A DNA stretch of 64,000 nt, taken from contig NZ_JBPCCU010000012.1 in the NCBI RefSeq assembly GCF_050971785.1, positions 58,049 through 122,048 on the forward strand, read 5' to 3'. Source of the stretch: Actinomadura scrupuli (GTDB lineage Bacteria; Actinomycetota; Actinomycetes; Streptosporangiales; Streptosporangiaceae). The notes under the pieces are model-generated. The model ran no database searches. It saw only the letters and a list, made by a program, of their open reading frames with translations, and had not been told where the DNA came from. Position 1 is the stretch's first letter, and every line of letters begins with the position of its first letter. Both the position numbers and the translations under genes were made by a program. This document shows positions 48,527 through 58,429 of the stretch, one piece after another.

Positions 48527-49144
48527 ATGGGTGACTTTCTCGAAGGGCTCGTTGATCGGTTCGTGCTGGCCAGTGCGGAGTTCGAGCGGAGACTACGGGC
48601 GGTGCGGTCCGAGCAATGGGCTTGGCCGACTCCGTGTACGGAGTGGAACGTGCGGCAGTTGGTCAACCACATGGCGCGCGGGAATCTCAACTACGTGAGC
48701 CTGCTGCACGGTGGCGCGAGGACGGAGTTCCTACGGCTGCGGGAGGCCGACGCGCTCGGCACCGACCCGGTCGGTGCGTACGAACGTTCGGTGCGAGTGT
48801 GCGCCGCGGCGTTCGCCGAGCCGGGTGCTCTGGACAGAGTCCTCGATTACCCCCTGGGCAAGGTGGCCGGGCGGCAGGCGCTGGCCGTGAGGACAACTGA
48901 CAGCACCGTTCACACGTGGGATCTCGCACGAGCCATCGGTGCCGATGACCGCCTCGACCTCAGCTTGATCACCTGGATCAACGACCATCTCGAGGAGATC
49001 TACGCCGGCCTGGCCGAAACCCCTACCGACGTCGACACGACTCACCGGTTCTTCGCCGCCCCGCAGGGCGTGCCCACCGACGAGGCGTCCGAACAGCAAC
49101 GACTGCTGCACCGCATGGGCAGGACACCCGAACGCGGCCGGTGA
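48527..49144 (+). CDS. DinB_2/MDMPI_N-like (TIGR03086-type, mycothiol-dependent maleylpyruvate isomerase N-terminal domain) protein
   Basis: Start MGDFLEGLVDRF. Pattern WAWPTPCTEWNVRQLVNHMARGN...HTWDLARAIG. Confidence 0.6.
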   Translation: MGDFLEGLVDRFVLASAEFERRLRAVRSEQWAWPTPCTEWNVRQLVNHMARGNLNYVSLLHGGARTEFLRLREADALGTDPVGAYERSVRVCAAAFAEPGALDRVLDYPLGKVAGRQALAVRTTDSTVHTWDLARAIGADDRLDLSLITWINDHLEEIYAGLAETPTDVDTTHRFFAAPQGVPTDEASEQQRLLHRMGRTPERGR

Positions 49145-49364
49145 GAGCGCAACCCACGTCATCTCATGCCGCAGTAAGAGTGCCGATCGGTCGGCGGTCT
49201 TTCAGGGGTGAGCGACGCGTACTCGTGCCGAATTGAAGGATGCTCAAACGGTGGGCACCCGGGAGTCGGGAACGCCGCCAACGGCAGATGGCCAACTGAC
49301 GGGTCGGACAGGGCACTGCGGATCGAACGCCGGTAGCCGCAAGTCGCCGTCATGCGTGAGTTGA

Positions 49365-49526
49365 GGATGGTTCCGACGCCTCCGTCGCTGCCTGATCAAA
49401 GCGACCCGGCTGGAGGGCGTACCGATGGCCGACTGCGCCCGCGGCTGCGCGACTCCTGCGAAGACGCTCTACAAGCAGCGGGAACGTGCCGAGGCGCGGC
49501 TGGCCACGGCGCTCCGGAACGGTTGA
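49365..49526 (+). pseudogene. remnant of an ECF sigma-70 factor C-terminus (region 4 HTH only)
   Basis: Open frame ...LIKATRLEGVPMADCARGCATPAKTLYKQRERAEARLATALRNG* matches the sigma-70 region-4 pattern (EIAExLGxSxGTVKSRLHRARxxL). No upstream regions 2 or 3 are present in frame. Confidence 0.35.
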
Positions 49527-49883
49527 ATCTCCGCAATCTCCGATGGCCACCTGTCGAAAACGGGGCCCAGTCGCGGTGCTTCATAGGGGCCAGGAGAGAT
49601 CACCACATCGGTGTGGTCAGGGCGGGCGGTTCACTCGGTCCCCACCGCATCCACCGTCACCTGAGTTCCAGAGGCCGCTCTTACACTGGCCTTCGAGATC
49701 CAAGAACGCTAGTGTTCATCATTGGGTGTCTCCCGAACACCCGAAGAGCCGAAATCCCACCCAGACGGTGCGCACCCCCATCCTGACCGTCCTTCGCGAG
49801 ACGGCGGTCCCACCCCCACGACAGCAAGGCCGAACCTGGCGCACCCCCGATGAGCCGTAGGAAACGATCTCGTAGGAGACCAC

Positions 49884-50336
49884 GTGCGACTGAAAGCATT
49901 CCTGATCACCCTCATGACCACCGACAAGATTCGGATGTCCTTCGCGGCCTGCCATCGCGGCAAGGTGATCTCACGAGTGGCCTCGATCGCTGCGGCCTTC
50001 ACGCTGACCGGGGCGCTCACGCTGAGCGCCGTCCCGGCCGAGGCAGCAGTCAAGTCCGAACCGGTCTGTACCGTCACGGTGCACAAGACGTGCACGAAGC
50101 TCTCGCCGGCGCAGCGTGAGCAGATCACCGCCCAGCTCCGCGCGAAGGGGGCGCCGGAGGCTGCGATCTCCTCGCTCGCCGCGTCGGGCCCGACCTTCGG
50201 CTGGGACGTGCTCGGCCCGTACGTCGACGGGTGGGCCCCGTACTGCAGGATCCACTACTTCCTGCCCTGGGAGTGGATCCTTTTCATTCCGGCGAACATC
50301 CTCCCAGGCCCCTACTCGGCGTGCTGGACCTTCTGA
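49884..50336 (+). CDS. small secreted hypothetical protein
   Basis: Signal-peptide-like ASIAAAFTLTGALTLSAVPAEAA with four Cys in the mature part. Start uncertain. Confidence 0.4.
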   Translation: MRLKAFLITLMTTDKIRMSFAACHRGKVISRVASIAAAFTLTGALTLSAVPAEAAVKSEPVCTVTVHKTCTKLSPAQREQITAQLRAKGAPEAAISSLAASGPTFGWDVLGPYVDGWAPYCRIHYFLPWEWILFIPANILPGPYSACWTF

Positions 50337-50433
50337 AGTCACTCATCCGCTCAGGCGGAATGTGCCGTGCGGCGGCCGGGATCACGGGTTATCCCTCTGC
50401 CGCGCGGCGCCCGCCTTTAGACGACCTTCATGA

Positions 50434-50619
50434 GAGGTACTCGTCGGCCTGGCCGTCTGCCTCGGCTTCGCCACCTACCGCGGCTGGCCACTCGCGCTGC
50501 CCGGCCAGGCCATCGCCGGCGGCGCACTCGCCCCCGTCGCCATCGGCGCCCTGGCGGGCCTGTACCCCGCCCGCCGCGCCGCTCGCCTCACCCCCACCGA
50601 AGCACTCGCCACCGTCTGA
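50434..50619 (+). pseudogene. C-terminal fragment of an FtsX-family ABC transporter permease (last TM helix only)
   Basis: The frame opens directly after a TGA with no start codon: EVLVGLAVCLGFATYRGWPLALPGQAIAGGALAPVAIGALAGLYPARRAARLTPTEALATV*. This is the canonical FtsX C-terminus (GLYPAxRAARLxPxEAL). Confidence 0.45.
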
Positions 50620-50673
50620 CACGGGCCGATGGCCCAGACCGGACGCAGATGTGGCGGGTTTTCGGGTGGCGAG

Positions 50674-52341
50674 TCAGGTCCACTGGGCGGCGGTCAGGAT
50701 GGCGTCCCAGCCGGGTATCGGGCCGTTGGTGATGACGAGGATCTTGGCTTGCGGGAGATACCACTCGCGCTGGGTGAAGGTGAGGGTGGCCTTGTCCTCG
50801 GTCCCGGTGGGCATCTTCGGCCCGCAGGGGACCTGGAACTCCCAGTAGCGCGCCTCGCGGCCACCGACCTGTACCGCCTTCCAGGTCGAGCGTCCGTTGA
50901 TGAGGGACGACCCGTACATCCACAGCTTGGTCCCCGGGCACTGCATGATGCCGCCTGCGGGGAAGTAGCCGCCGCGCGTGGTGTCGTACGGGGTGCCGTC
51001 GCCGAAGTAGAAGTCGATGCTCTTGGATCCCATGATCCTCACATGGGGGCAGCCCGTCTGCCAGTAGTGAACGATCCGGCAGCCGTTGCCGGGGCTGATG
51101 CCGACCTGGTCGTCGATGGTGGTGCCGGTCGTGAGCGTCGTCGTCTTCCAGGTCTGGGGCAGCCGGAGCTTCATGGTCTGGTAGCTGAAGGACTGCAGCA
51201 CTATCGACGCCGCCGGGGTCGGCGCGGGAGCGGAAGCCTTCTTGGTGGGGGCCGCGACGACGACGGCGGCGATCACTGCGGCGGCGCCGACGGCCGTGGT
51301 CCCCGCGGCGACGGCGGCTTTCACGCCTGTGAGTTTGCCCAGCAACGACTTGCCGGCGACGGTGCCGCCCGCGCTTGCCGCTCCCGAACCCGCGGTGCCC
51401 GCGCCCGCGGCACTCACGGCGCCCACCCCGGCGGCACCCGCGCCTCCGGATGCCGCACCCCCGATCGAGAGCGTGAGGGCGGCGAGTGGGAACAACGCGG
51501 CCAGCGCGGCGGCGGAGATGGCCAGCGCTCGAATCCCGCGGTCCTCCCAGTCGGTGCCGTAGGCGGCGGTGGCCACCGTTTCCAACTCGGCCACGAACTC
51601 CGCCGCGCTCGCGGGACGCTCCTCCGGCGCCTTGGCCAGGCCGTGGGTGAGGAGCGGGCGCAGCGCCTCGTCCACGGTCTCCACGGGTATCGGGGCGCTG
51701 GCGTGCGCGTACCTGAGCATCGGCTGACTGGGTGCGAGGTACGGCTGGCGGCCGGTGACGCATTCGAAGAACACGCAGGTCGCCGCGTACACGTCGGTGG
51801 CCGGGGTCGCGACGTTGGACTCCCACTGCTCGGGCGCCATGTAAGGCGGGGTACCCGAGCCGCCCGCCGAACTGCCGGCCAGCGCGGCGATCCCGAAGTC
51901 GATGAGCTTGCTGTGGCCGTCGCCGGTGACGACGACGTTGGCGGGCTTGTAGTCGTGGTGCACCACCCCTACGGCGTGGGCCGCGGCGAGCCCCAGCAAC
52001 GACCCTTTGAGGATCGCCAACGCCGCCTCGGGTGTCAGGCTCGTCTTCTCGGCCAGTACGTCGCGCAACGAGACACCGTCCACGGCCTCCATCAGGATCG
52101 CCGCGTCCGCCGTGTCCTCGAAGTGCCCGAACCACTGGGCGACGTACGGAGACCGCACCCGCTTGAGCAACACCGACTCCTGACGGAACCGGTCCAGAGC
52201 ATCTCGATCACCGGCGTACCGCACGTACTTCAGCACGGCGGGGCGGTCGGACCGCTCCTCCCGCACCAACACCGCTCGGCCCTGACCCCCCGCACCGAGC
52301 TCCCGAAGCTCGACGAACCCCGGCACCCGCCATTCAGCCAT
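50674..52341 (-). CDS. transmembrane Ser/Thr protein kinase with Cys-containing extracellular domain
   Basis: Start MAEWRVPG (cat at 52339-52341, RBS GGGAGAA). Hanks motifs GAGGQGRAV, VLK, HHDYKPANVV, DFG, PPYMAPE. Ala/Gly-rich linker, TM helix (AVGAAAVIAAVVVAA), and a roughly 200-aa ectodomain with six Cys. Confidence 0.8.
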   Translation of the reverse strand: MAEWRVPGFVELRELGAGGQGRAVLVREERSDRPAVLKYVRYAGDRDALDRFRQESVLLKRVRSPYVAQWFGHFEDTADAAILMEAVDGVSLRDVLAEKTSLTPEAALAILKGSLLGLAAAHAVGVVHHDYKPANVVVTGDGHSKLIDFGIAALAGSSAGGSGTPPYMAPEQWESNVATPATDVYAATCVFFECVTGRQPYLAPSQPMLRYAHASAPIPVETVDEALRPLLTHGLAKAPEERPASAAEFVAELETVATAAYGTDWEDRGIRALAISAAALAALFPLAALTLSIGGAASGGAGAAGVGAVSAAGAGTAGSGAASAGGTVAGKSLLGKLTGVKAAVAAGTTAVGAAAVIAAVVVAAPTKKASAPAPTPAASIVLQSFSYQTMKLRLPQTWKTTTLTTGTTIDDQVGISPGNGCRIVHYWQTGCPHVRIMGSKSIDFYFGDGTPYDTTRGGYFPAGGIMQCPGTKLWMYGSSLINGRSTWKAVQVGGREARYWEFQVPCGPKMPTGTEDKATLTFTQREWYLPQAKILVITNGPIPGWDAILTAAQWT

Positions 52342-52591
52342 TGTTCTCCCTCGCCCCGTGCCAACCGTTTCACCCCACATAGCGCAGCTTTGCAGAGAGA
52401 CGTCACGTTCCGACACACTTCGGGTACATAGGGGCGGCGTATTACGGCACCGGCTGGTGATCGAAGGGCCGAGATCGCCGCTGAGAGGCACCGGCTGATC
52501 CGCGTCCCTTCCAGGGAGGCCGGCAGATCTCCGTGCCACTCGGCGTCGGTGGCCTGTTGACCTGTCTGATGGCCGCGTACGCCGGCAAGGG

Positions 52592-53569
52592 GTGATGATT
52601 GCGGTCATGGCGTTGTCGACGGCATTCACGGAGTTGTTCGGTGTGCGGCACCCGATAGTCCTGGCGCCGATGGGCGGGTCGGCCGGTGGTGCGCTGGCGG
52701 CGGCTGTTTCGCGCGGCGGAGGGCTCGGGCTGCTGGGCGGCGGAAACGGGGATCGGGACTGGCTGGCCCGCGAGCTGCCAATCGTTGCCGAGTGCACCGG
52801 GAGGCCCTGGGGTATCGGCTTCCTGACCTGGGCGATCGATGTCGAGGTGGTCGAGCGTGCGCTGGAGTACGGCCCCGGGGCGGTGATGCTGTCCTTTGGA
52901 GACCCGAGCCCGTTCGCTGCACGCATCCGCCGGGCGGGTGCGGCGCTGATCGTTCAGGTCACCGATCTGGAGGAGGCCAGACGGGCGGTGGACCTGGGCG
53001 CCGATGTCATCGTGGCGCAGGGGACCGAAAGCGGTGGGCATGGCGCTCGGCATGGGCGGTCGACGTTGCCGTTCGTGCCGGTCGTGGTGGACCTGGCCGC
53101 CCCGGTGCCGGTGCTGGCGGCCGGCGGGATCGCCGATGGCCGCGGCGTGGCCGCCGTCCTGGCTCTGGGGGCCGCCGGAGCGCTCATCGGTACCCGTTTT
53201 CTGTCCACGACCGAGGCCCTGGTCGCCCCCTCGACCGCCACGGCGATCGTCGAGGGACGCGGGGAGGACACCGAGCGCAGCCGTGTGCTCGATATCGCCC
53301 GAGGCTCGGCGTGGCCGTCGAGATACACCGCCCGCACCCTCGGCCACCCCTTCCTTGATCAATGGCGCGGCAGGGAAGCCGAACTCGCCGCCGATCCCCA
53401 GGCCAAGCAGGCCTACCAAGAGGGCGTGACGCAAGGCGAGATACCCCCGCTGCCGGTGTGGGCCGGCGAAGCCATCGATCTCATCAACGACCGGCCTTCC
53501 GCAGCCGATCTCGTCGGCACCCTCGCCGCCCAGGCCGAGGACGCGCTGGCCCGAGCGGGAAGGCGATGA
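52592..53569 (+). CDS. nitronate monooxygenase (NMO family) paralog
   Basis: FGVRHPIVLAPMGGSAGGALAAAVSRGGGLGLLG...GADVIVAQGTESGGHG. Confidence 0.8.
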   Translation: MMIAVMALSTAFTELFGVRHPIVLAPMGGSAGGALAAAVSRGGGLGLLGGGNGDRDWLARELPIVAECTGRPWGIGFLTWAIDVEVVERALEYGPGAVMLSFGDPSPFAARIRRAGAALIVQVTDLEEARRAVDLGADVIVAQGTESGGHGARHGRSTLPFVPVVVDLAAPVPVLAAGGIADGRGVAAVLALGAAGALIGTRFLSTTEALVAPSTATAIVEGRGEDTERSRVLDIARGSAWPSRYTARTLGHPFLDQWRGREAELAADPQAKQAYQEGVTQGEIPPLPVWAGEAIDLINDRPSAADLVGTLAAQAEDALARAGRR

Positions 53570-53750
53570 CCCGAACGGTCGATCAGGAGTCAGCGCGTCC
53601 ACTACGACCAACTGCAGATCTACACCCGGCTCGGGCTCCAGCTTCCGCTCGAGTTCATAGCTCCTGACTCAATGAACTGAGCCCCGATCCAGGTGGGCAT
53701 TGGTGCATGAACAGGGCCGGTACCGGAAGGTACCGGCCCTGGCCGCGCGG

Positions 53751-54134
53751 TCAGCCTCCGCAGGCGGACTTCAGTTCAATACCGGCACTGATCAGACCCG
53801 ACGAATTCGGCATCTGTGGTGTGGTGCTGCCACCGCTCGCCGCCGTCTTCACCTGCTGGCCGATCGTCTCGAGCGCCGTCGCGGCGTGGTTCGCCGCCTT
53901 CTCGACGTCACCGTCGCCGGCCTCCTTGCCCTCCTGCCGCAAGGTGCCGGCTGCCTCTGCATACGTCTGAGCCAGTCCAGCCGGATCATTGATCTGGGTC
54001 ATGCCCTTACGACCGACATCCGCGATCGTCTTCTGCAACTTGTCGCAGGCCGCCTTCTTATCTCCGCCGCCTGAACACGCGGTGGCGGACAGTGCCAGCG
54101 CCGCGGTGAGGGCACCGACGCCGACGATCCTCAT
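53751..54134 (-). CDS. small lipoprotein, hypothetical
   Basis: Start MRIVGVGALTAALALSATACSGGG (lipobox LSATAC), 127 aa with two further Cys. Confidence 0.5.
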   Translation of the reverse strand: MRIVGVGALTAALALSATACSGGGDKKAACDKLQKTIADVGRKGMTQINDPAGLAQTYAEAAGTLRQEGKEAGDGDVEKAANHAATALETIGQQVKTAASGGSTTPQMPNSSGLISAGIELKSACGG

Positions 54135-54381
54135 CAGGGGTGTACGCACTAAAATCGACTCCTTGCCGTTTCGCCGGCGACGAACCGTTCCTGCCGCCGT
54201 CCGGATCGGTCTCTTCGACACCTCCGGCGCAGAGGCGGTTCCGCCTGATTCCGAAAACCCGCTCACACAACTCCGCCGAAAAACGGCGGCCCGGTCCGAC
54301 GGGTGACCACCAGCCGGCCGGTCGCGCAGGGCGCCTGCGGCTGTGACGGTGCCGATCGAGGTCGGCCACAGCCGATCGACG

Positions 54382-54837
54382 TTAACCGCAGTGGACCTTC
54401 TTGCCGGTGACCTCACCCTTGTTCGCGCCGTCGGTGTTGATGAAGGCGCGCACGTAGAGGCATCGATGGCGGGCCCAGACGTAGAGCGGCCCGGCGTACC
54501 AGTGGTTCCTCTTGCTGTACCCGTCGTACTTGCAGTTGGCGTACTTGGTCCTGGCCGTGTTGTAGACGCAGAGCTTGAGCTGGATGTTGTAGAGCGGGGT
54601 CGAGCCCTTACGGATGGCCAGCGCGCAGTTATAGCCGTTGGAGGAGTTGTAGTAGACCTTGAGGTAGCCGCGGACCTTGGAGGCCACGTAGATCGAATGG
54701 GTGCTGCGCCAGGCGTAGCCACTCCCACATGACGGACCTGCGGCACTCGCCGGCGTGCTGGAGGCGAGCACGGTCGTCAGCGTCAAGGCGGGAAGCACGG
54801 CGGCCAACAGGGACAAGCGTTTACCAGTACGGATCAT
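54382..54837 (-). CDS. small secreted Cys-rich hypothetical protein
   Basis: Start MIRTGKRLSLLAAVLPALTLTTVLASSTPASA (signal peptide). Seven Cys in a mature domain of about 120 aa. Tyr/Asn/Lys-rich. Confidence 0.5.
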   Translation of the reverse strand: MIRTGKRLSLLAAVLPALTLTTVLASSTPASAAGPSCGSGYAWRSTHSIYVASKVRGYLKVYYNSSNGYNCALAIRKGSTPLYNIQLKLCVYNTARTKYANCKYDGYSKRNHWYAGPLYVWARHRCLYVRAFINTDGANKGEVTGKKVHCG

Positions 54838-55170
54838 GAGCCGTACCGTCCAACGACCGGTCGGATCCGCCACGTTGTCCGCATGGGCCGGTTTGGACGG
54901 AAGGGCTCAAGGCGATCAGGCGCCGCACGGCGCTGCCGGCCGCCCGGTGAGGTCGACGCACTGCGCTGGTACGGCCTCGGCGGCGCCCGGGAAATGTCAC
55001 CGGCGTCCGCGATGCTGTCTCCCGGACCCGCCGAGAAGAGAGGCTTCCATGTCGATGCATGGCGTGCGCGCAGATCAGGTGGTGAATCGGTTCGGGCACT
55101 CACCGCGTCCCCTGGGAGGTGGGTTGCCGGCCCCCGGCCGGCCGCACCGGTGCCCGGCCGGGGGTCAGGA

Positions 55171-55665
55171 GTGACGGACGCGGACACCGCAGTGGGCGAC
55201 CAGAGCAGCGTGGTCCGGGTGGTTCCTCCCATCCGGCCCCGCAAGCTGGCGAAGGTTCCATTCGTCGAGCTGGCGGACGGGAGGCTGCAGGGGGTCGTGT
55301 CCAGTGGTTCGGACATCGCCCGGGTGTACGTCTCATCGATCGCCGCGCGGACCCACGGCTACAACTGCAGCACCAACAACAACCGGCCGTGCGGCGGGCT
55401 GCGCGGCGCACCGTGCAAGCACCTGCGGGCGCTCGTCGATGAAGCGGTGCTGCAGTACGGCCTGGGCCGCGTCGCCCGATATCTGCATGTCGAGGTCGGC
55501 GACGGCGAGGATCTGATGGGCTGCCTGCGCGGTGCTCCGGAGTCCGCGCCGGCGGCGGTCGTGTTCAGCCGCTTCCTGCGCCACCTCGCCTATCTGGAAC
55601 TGCCGAACACCACGGAGCCCATCGCCGAGTTGCACTGGTTCCCCGCGATGGGGGTGGTTCGCTGA
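55171..55665 (+). CDS. SWIM-like zinc-finger protein (first gene of MoxR/VWA operon; start uncertain; ORF open from 54883)
   Basis: C-x7-C-x7-C-x-H (NCSTNNNRPCGGLRGAPCKHLRAL), SWIM-like. Stop TGA overlaps the next ATG (TGATG at 55663-55667). Confidence 0.45.
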   Translation: MTDADTAVGDQSSVVRVVPPIRPRKLAKVPFVELADGRLQGVVSSGSDIARVYVSSIAARTHGYNCSTNNNRPCGGLRGAPCKHLRALVDEAVLQYGLGRVARYLHVEVGDGEDLMGCLRGAPESAPAAVVFSRFLRHLAYLELPNTTEPIAELHWFPAMGVVR

Positions 55666-57059
55666 TGCTCGGTGTGCAGCTCGCGGAACTGCTCGACGGG
55701 TCCGAGCCGGGTATCGAGGAGACACTCGATCTGGTGGCCGGGTTCGACGATGCCCTGGTGCACGGGCTCGCGCGGCTCGACGAACGGCGTGCCGGGTCGC
55801 TCGCCGCGCTGGCCGGCGCGCTGCGGGCCACACCGCTGGGCCCGGCGGTGGACGAGGCGGCCGAGAAGATCACTGCGGGCTCGATCGCGGAGGAGCAGCT
55901 GGCGGTGCTGGCCGGTGGCCGTACCGCGTTGTTGGGTGCGGTGCACGACGCACAGCTCGCCCGGCTCGACGCGGCGCTCGGCCGGACCCGGGCACCGTGG
56001 GAGGGGCCCCCTTCCGCGGCGGCACCGGCGGCGGAGAACCTGCTCGCCGGGTGCCGGTCCTGGCTCCAGGAGCTCGCCATCACCGGCTGGCGGGGAGTCG
56101 ACCACGACCTCGTCTCCGCCTCCGACCAGGTGATCGCCGCACTGCTGGCCGAACCCGCTCTGCGGCGGCCGGCGGTGCTCCTCGACGGCCTGGCCGCGGA
56201 GCTACGGGCGTCGTGCCCGGTGGCGACGATGGAGCGGCTGCCCGCCCGGCGCTGGGCCGACCTGTGGGCCCGTGGCCTGCTGTCGTCACAGCCGGGCGGC
56301 CTGGCCGGCTCCGCGCCCGCCGGCCCGGTGTCGGGGCGGCTGCTGCCGCTCGGCGTGGACGTGCACGAACACGGCACCGCGGTGCAGATACAGGTGCACG
56401 GGGTGCTCGAGCCCACCGGTGGCGCAGCACCCCGCCTGGTACGGACGAGTGTGGGCGCCGCGAAGGTCGACACGATCGTGGGCCCGGCGCTGTGGCGGCT
56501 GCTGCAGGGACATCCGGTGCTCCTGACGGCGCTGGCCGAGCACCGGAGCGTCAACCTCACCGACCTGCCCGTCCTGGCGAGCGGCGACCTGCTGTGGCGA
56601 GACGGCCAAGCCACCATGGGCGAGCCGGCCTCCCCCTTCGAGACGGCCCGGATCCAGCTCGCCGGGGCGCTGGCCCCGGCGGTGCCTCCCCTGGACCGCC
56701 ATCCGGTGCGCATCGCCGAGCCGGTGCTGCTGGAGGGTTATACGACCGATGGCGGCGTGCTCGATCTGGACGGCAACACCCTCGCCCTCGACCTGGACCG
56801 GCTCCCGGCCTGCGGGCCGCTCACGCCCGCGCTGGTGGCGGCCTCCTCGGCGTGCATCGGCCTGCTCCGCTGGGACGGCGGCCGGTGGCTGCTGCAGCCG
56901 CTCGCGGTCCAGGCGACGATCAAGCGCAAGCCCGTGTCGGCGCACAACGGCGACTGGGCGCTCGGTCCCACCGACCCGAAGGCGGTCAAGGCCGAGGCCG
57001 CGGCCGGTGACGCGGTGGCCGTGCTGCGGGAGCGCGCCGGGCGGCTGCTGCGGCGATGA
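55665..57059 (+). CDS. hypothetical Ala/Leu-rich protein (operon gene 2)
   Basis: 464 aa with no recognised motif. Start overlaps the upstream stop, and its stop overlaps the next start (ATGA at 57056). Confidence 0.55.
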   Translation: MLGVQLAELLDGSEPGIEETLDLVAGFDDALVHGLARLDERRAGSLAALAGALRATPLGPAVDEAAEKITAGSIAEEQLAVLAGGRTALLGAVHDAQLARLDAALGRTRAPWEGPPSAAAPAAENLLAGCRSWLQELAITGWRGVDHDLVSASDQVIAALLAEPALRRPAVLLDGLAAELRASCPVATMERLPARRWADLWARGLLSSQPGGLAGSAPAGPVSGRLLPLGVDVHEHGTAVQIQVHGVLEPTGGAAPRLVRTSVGAAKVDTIVGPALWRLLQGHPVLLTALAEHRSVNLTDLPVLASGDLLWRDGQATMGEPASPFETARIQLAGALAPAVPPLDRHPVRIAEPVLLEGYTTDGGVLDLDGNTLALDLDRLPACGPLTPALVAASSACIGLLRWDGGRWLLQPLAVQATIKRKPVSAHNGDWALGPTDPKAVKAEAAAGDAVAVLRERAGRLLRR

Positions 57060-58417
57060 GCGACACCGGCCCGAGCGACAAGAACAACGACAACGACGAG
57101 AACAACGGCGACACGCACGGAAGCGAGACGGCCTTGAGCGAGGCGGATGAGAACCGGCGGCAGGTTCTCTACTGGCGGCTCCTGGCGCGGATGTTCGACC
57201 ACGAGGAGCAGCCCGCGCTGGAGGCCGCCAGCGTGGCCATCGTCGATGACCTCGGGCTGCCGCCCGCGCTGCTCGATCCGGCCGTGTCGGTGGACAACCT
57301 CGTACAGCGCTTTCCCGGCCTGGCAGCCGAGCTCCAGGGCCTGATGGCCCCTGAAGACGGCACCGACGACGATCCACGGCGGCGGGTGCGCCGGGCGGCC
57401 CTGGTCTCCAAGCTCCTGCTCAACGTGTTCTCCACCGGCACCGGCAGCGTGACCGCCACCCAGCTGGCCGGTTGGCAGCAGGACTCGGGCTGGTTGAAGC
57501 AGGCGCTCGGCACCGACGGCGCGGCCGAGCTGACCGGTGTGCTGTCCACCATGGAGAGCGACCTGGTCAGCCGGATGCGGCTGCGCGAAGTGCTGGCCGA
57601 TCCGATGCTGGCCCGCAGGTTGACGCCGAGCATGTCGCTCATCGAGCAGTTGCTACGGGACAAGGCCAACCTGTCGGGGGTCGCCCTCGCCAACGCCAAG
57701 GCGCTCATCCGCAGGTACGTCGACGAGGTCGCCGAGGTCCTGCGCACCCAGGTCGAGCAGACCAGCGTCGGCACGATCGACAGGTCGGTGCCGCCGAAAC
57801 GGGTGTTCCGCAACCTCGACCTCAAGCGGACCATCTGGAAGAACCTCCCCAACTGGAGCGCTGAGGACGAGCGGCTGTACGTCGACCGGCTGTTCTACCG
57901 GCAGACCGCCAAGCGCACCACGCCCGCGCGCCTGATCGTGGTGGTCGACCAGTCGGGGTCGATGGTCGACTCGATGGTGAACTGCACCATCCTGGCGTCG
58001 ATCTTCGCGGGCCTGCCCAAGGTGGACGTCCACCTGATCGCGTACGACACCCGGGCGCTCGATCTGACCCCCTGGGTGCACGATCCGTTCGAGGTGCTGC
58101 TGCGCACGAAGCTCGGCGGCGGCAACGACGGCCCCGTCGCGATGGCCATGGCGACGCCGAAGATCTCCGACCCGCGGAACACCGTGATGGTCTGGATCTC
58201 CGATTTCTACGAGTTCGACCGGTCGCAGCCGCTGTTCGACGGCATCGAGGCGGTGCACCGCTCAGGGGTGAAGTTCATCCCGGTCGGCTCGGTGAACAGC
58301 TCAGGGCACCAGAGCGTGAACCCCTGGTTCCGCCAGCGCCTCAAGGATCTGGGCACCCCCGTGATCTCAGGTCACATCCGCAAGCTCGTGTTCGAGCTGA
58401 AGAACTTCCTCGCTTAG
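57056..58417 (+). CDS. von Willebrand factor A (VWA) domain protein (operon gene 3)
   Basis: 453 aa with an acidic N-terminus and a C-terminal VWA domain with MIDAS DxSxS (LIVVVDQSGSMVDS) ... WISDFYEF. Confidence 0.75.
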   Translation: MSDTGPSDKNNDNDENNGDTHGSETALSEADENRRQVLYWRLLARMFDHEEQPALEAASVAIVDDLGLPPALLDPAVSVDNLVQRFPGLAAELQGLMAPEDGTDDDPRRRVRRAALVSKLLLNVFSTGTGSVTATQLAGWQQDSGWLKQALGTDGAAELTGVLSTMESDLVSRMRLREVLADPMLARRLTPSMSLIEQLLRDKANLSGVALANAKALIRRYVDEVAEVLRTQVEQTSVGTIDRSVPPKRVFRNLDLKRTIWKNLPNWSAEDERLYVDRLFYRQTAKRTTPARLIVVVDQSGSMVDSMVNCTILASIFAGLPKVDVHLIAYDTRALDLTPWVHDPFEVLLRTKLGGGNDGPVAMAMATPKISDPRNTVMVWISDFYEFDRSQPLFDGIEAVHRSGVKFIPVGSVNSSGHQSVNPWFRQRLKDLGTPVISGHIRKLVFELKNFLA

Positions 58418-58429
58418 GAGATCGAAGCA

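Noticed and set aside
45503-50620. Integrated prophage or genomic island at tRNA-Glu
   Set aside because: No integrase, excisionase, phage structural genes or att direct repeat were found. Retained only as a weak 'old rearrangement hotspot' hypothesis.
50588-52431. 515-aa minus-strand and 600-aa plus-strand ORFs overlapping the Ser/Thr kinase gene
   Set aside because: Only the 50674..52341 minus frame contains the Hanks kinase motifs. The others are alternative-frame artefacts.
54883-55170. N-terminal 96-codon extension of the SWIM-like ORF
   Set aside because: It is Arg/Gly/Pro-rich with no start context. It is more likely non-coding, and the true start is probably a GTG near 55171 or slightly downstream (start left uncertain).
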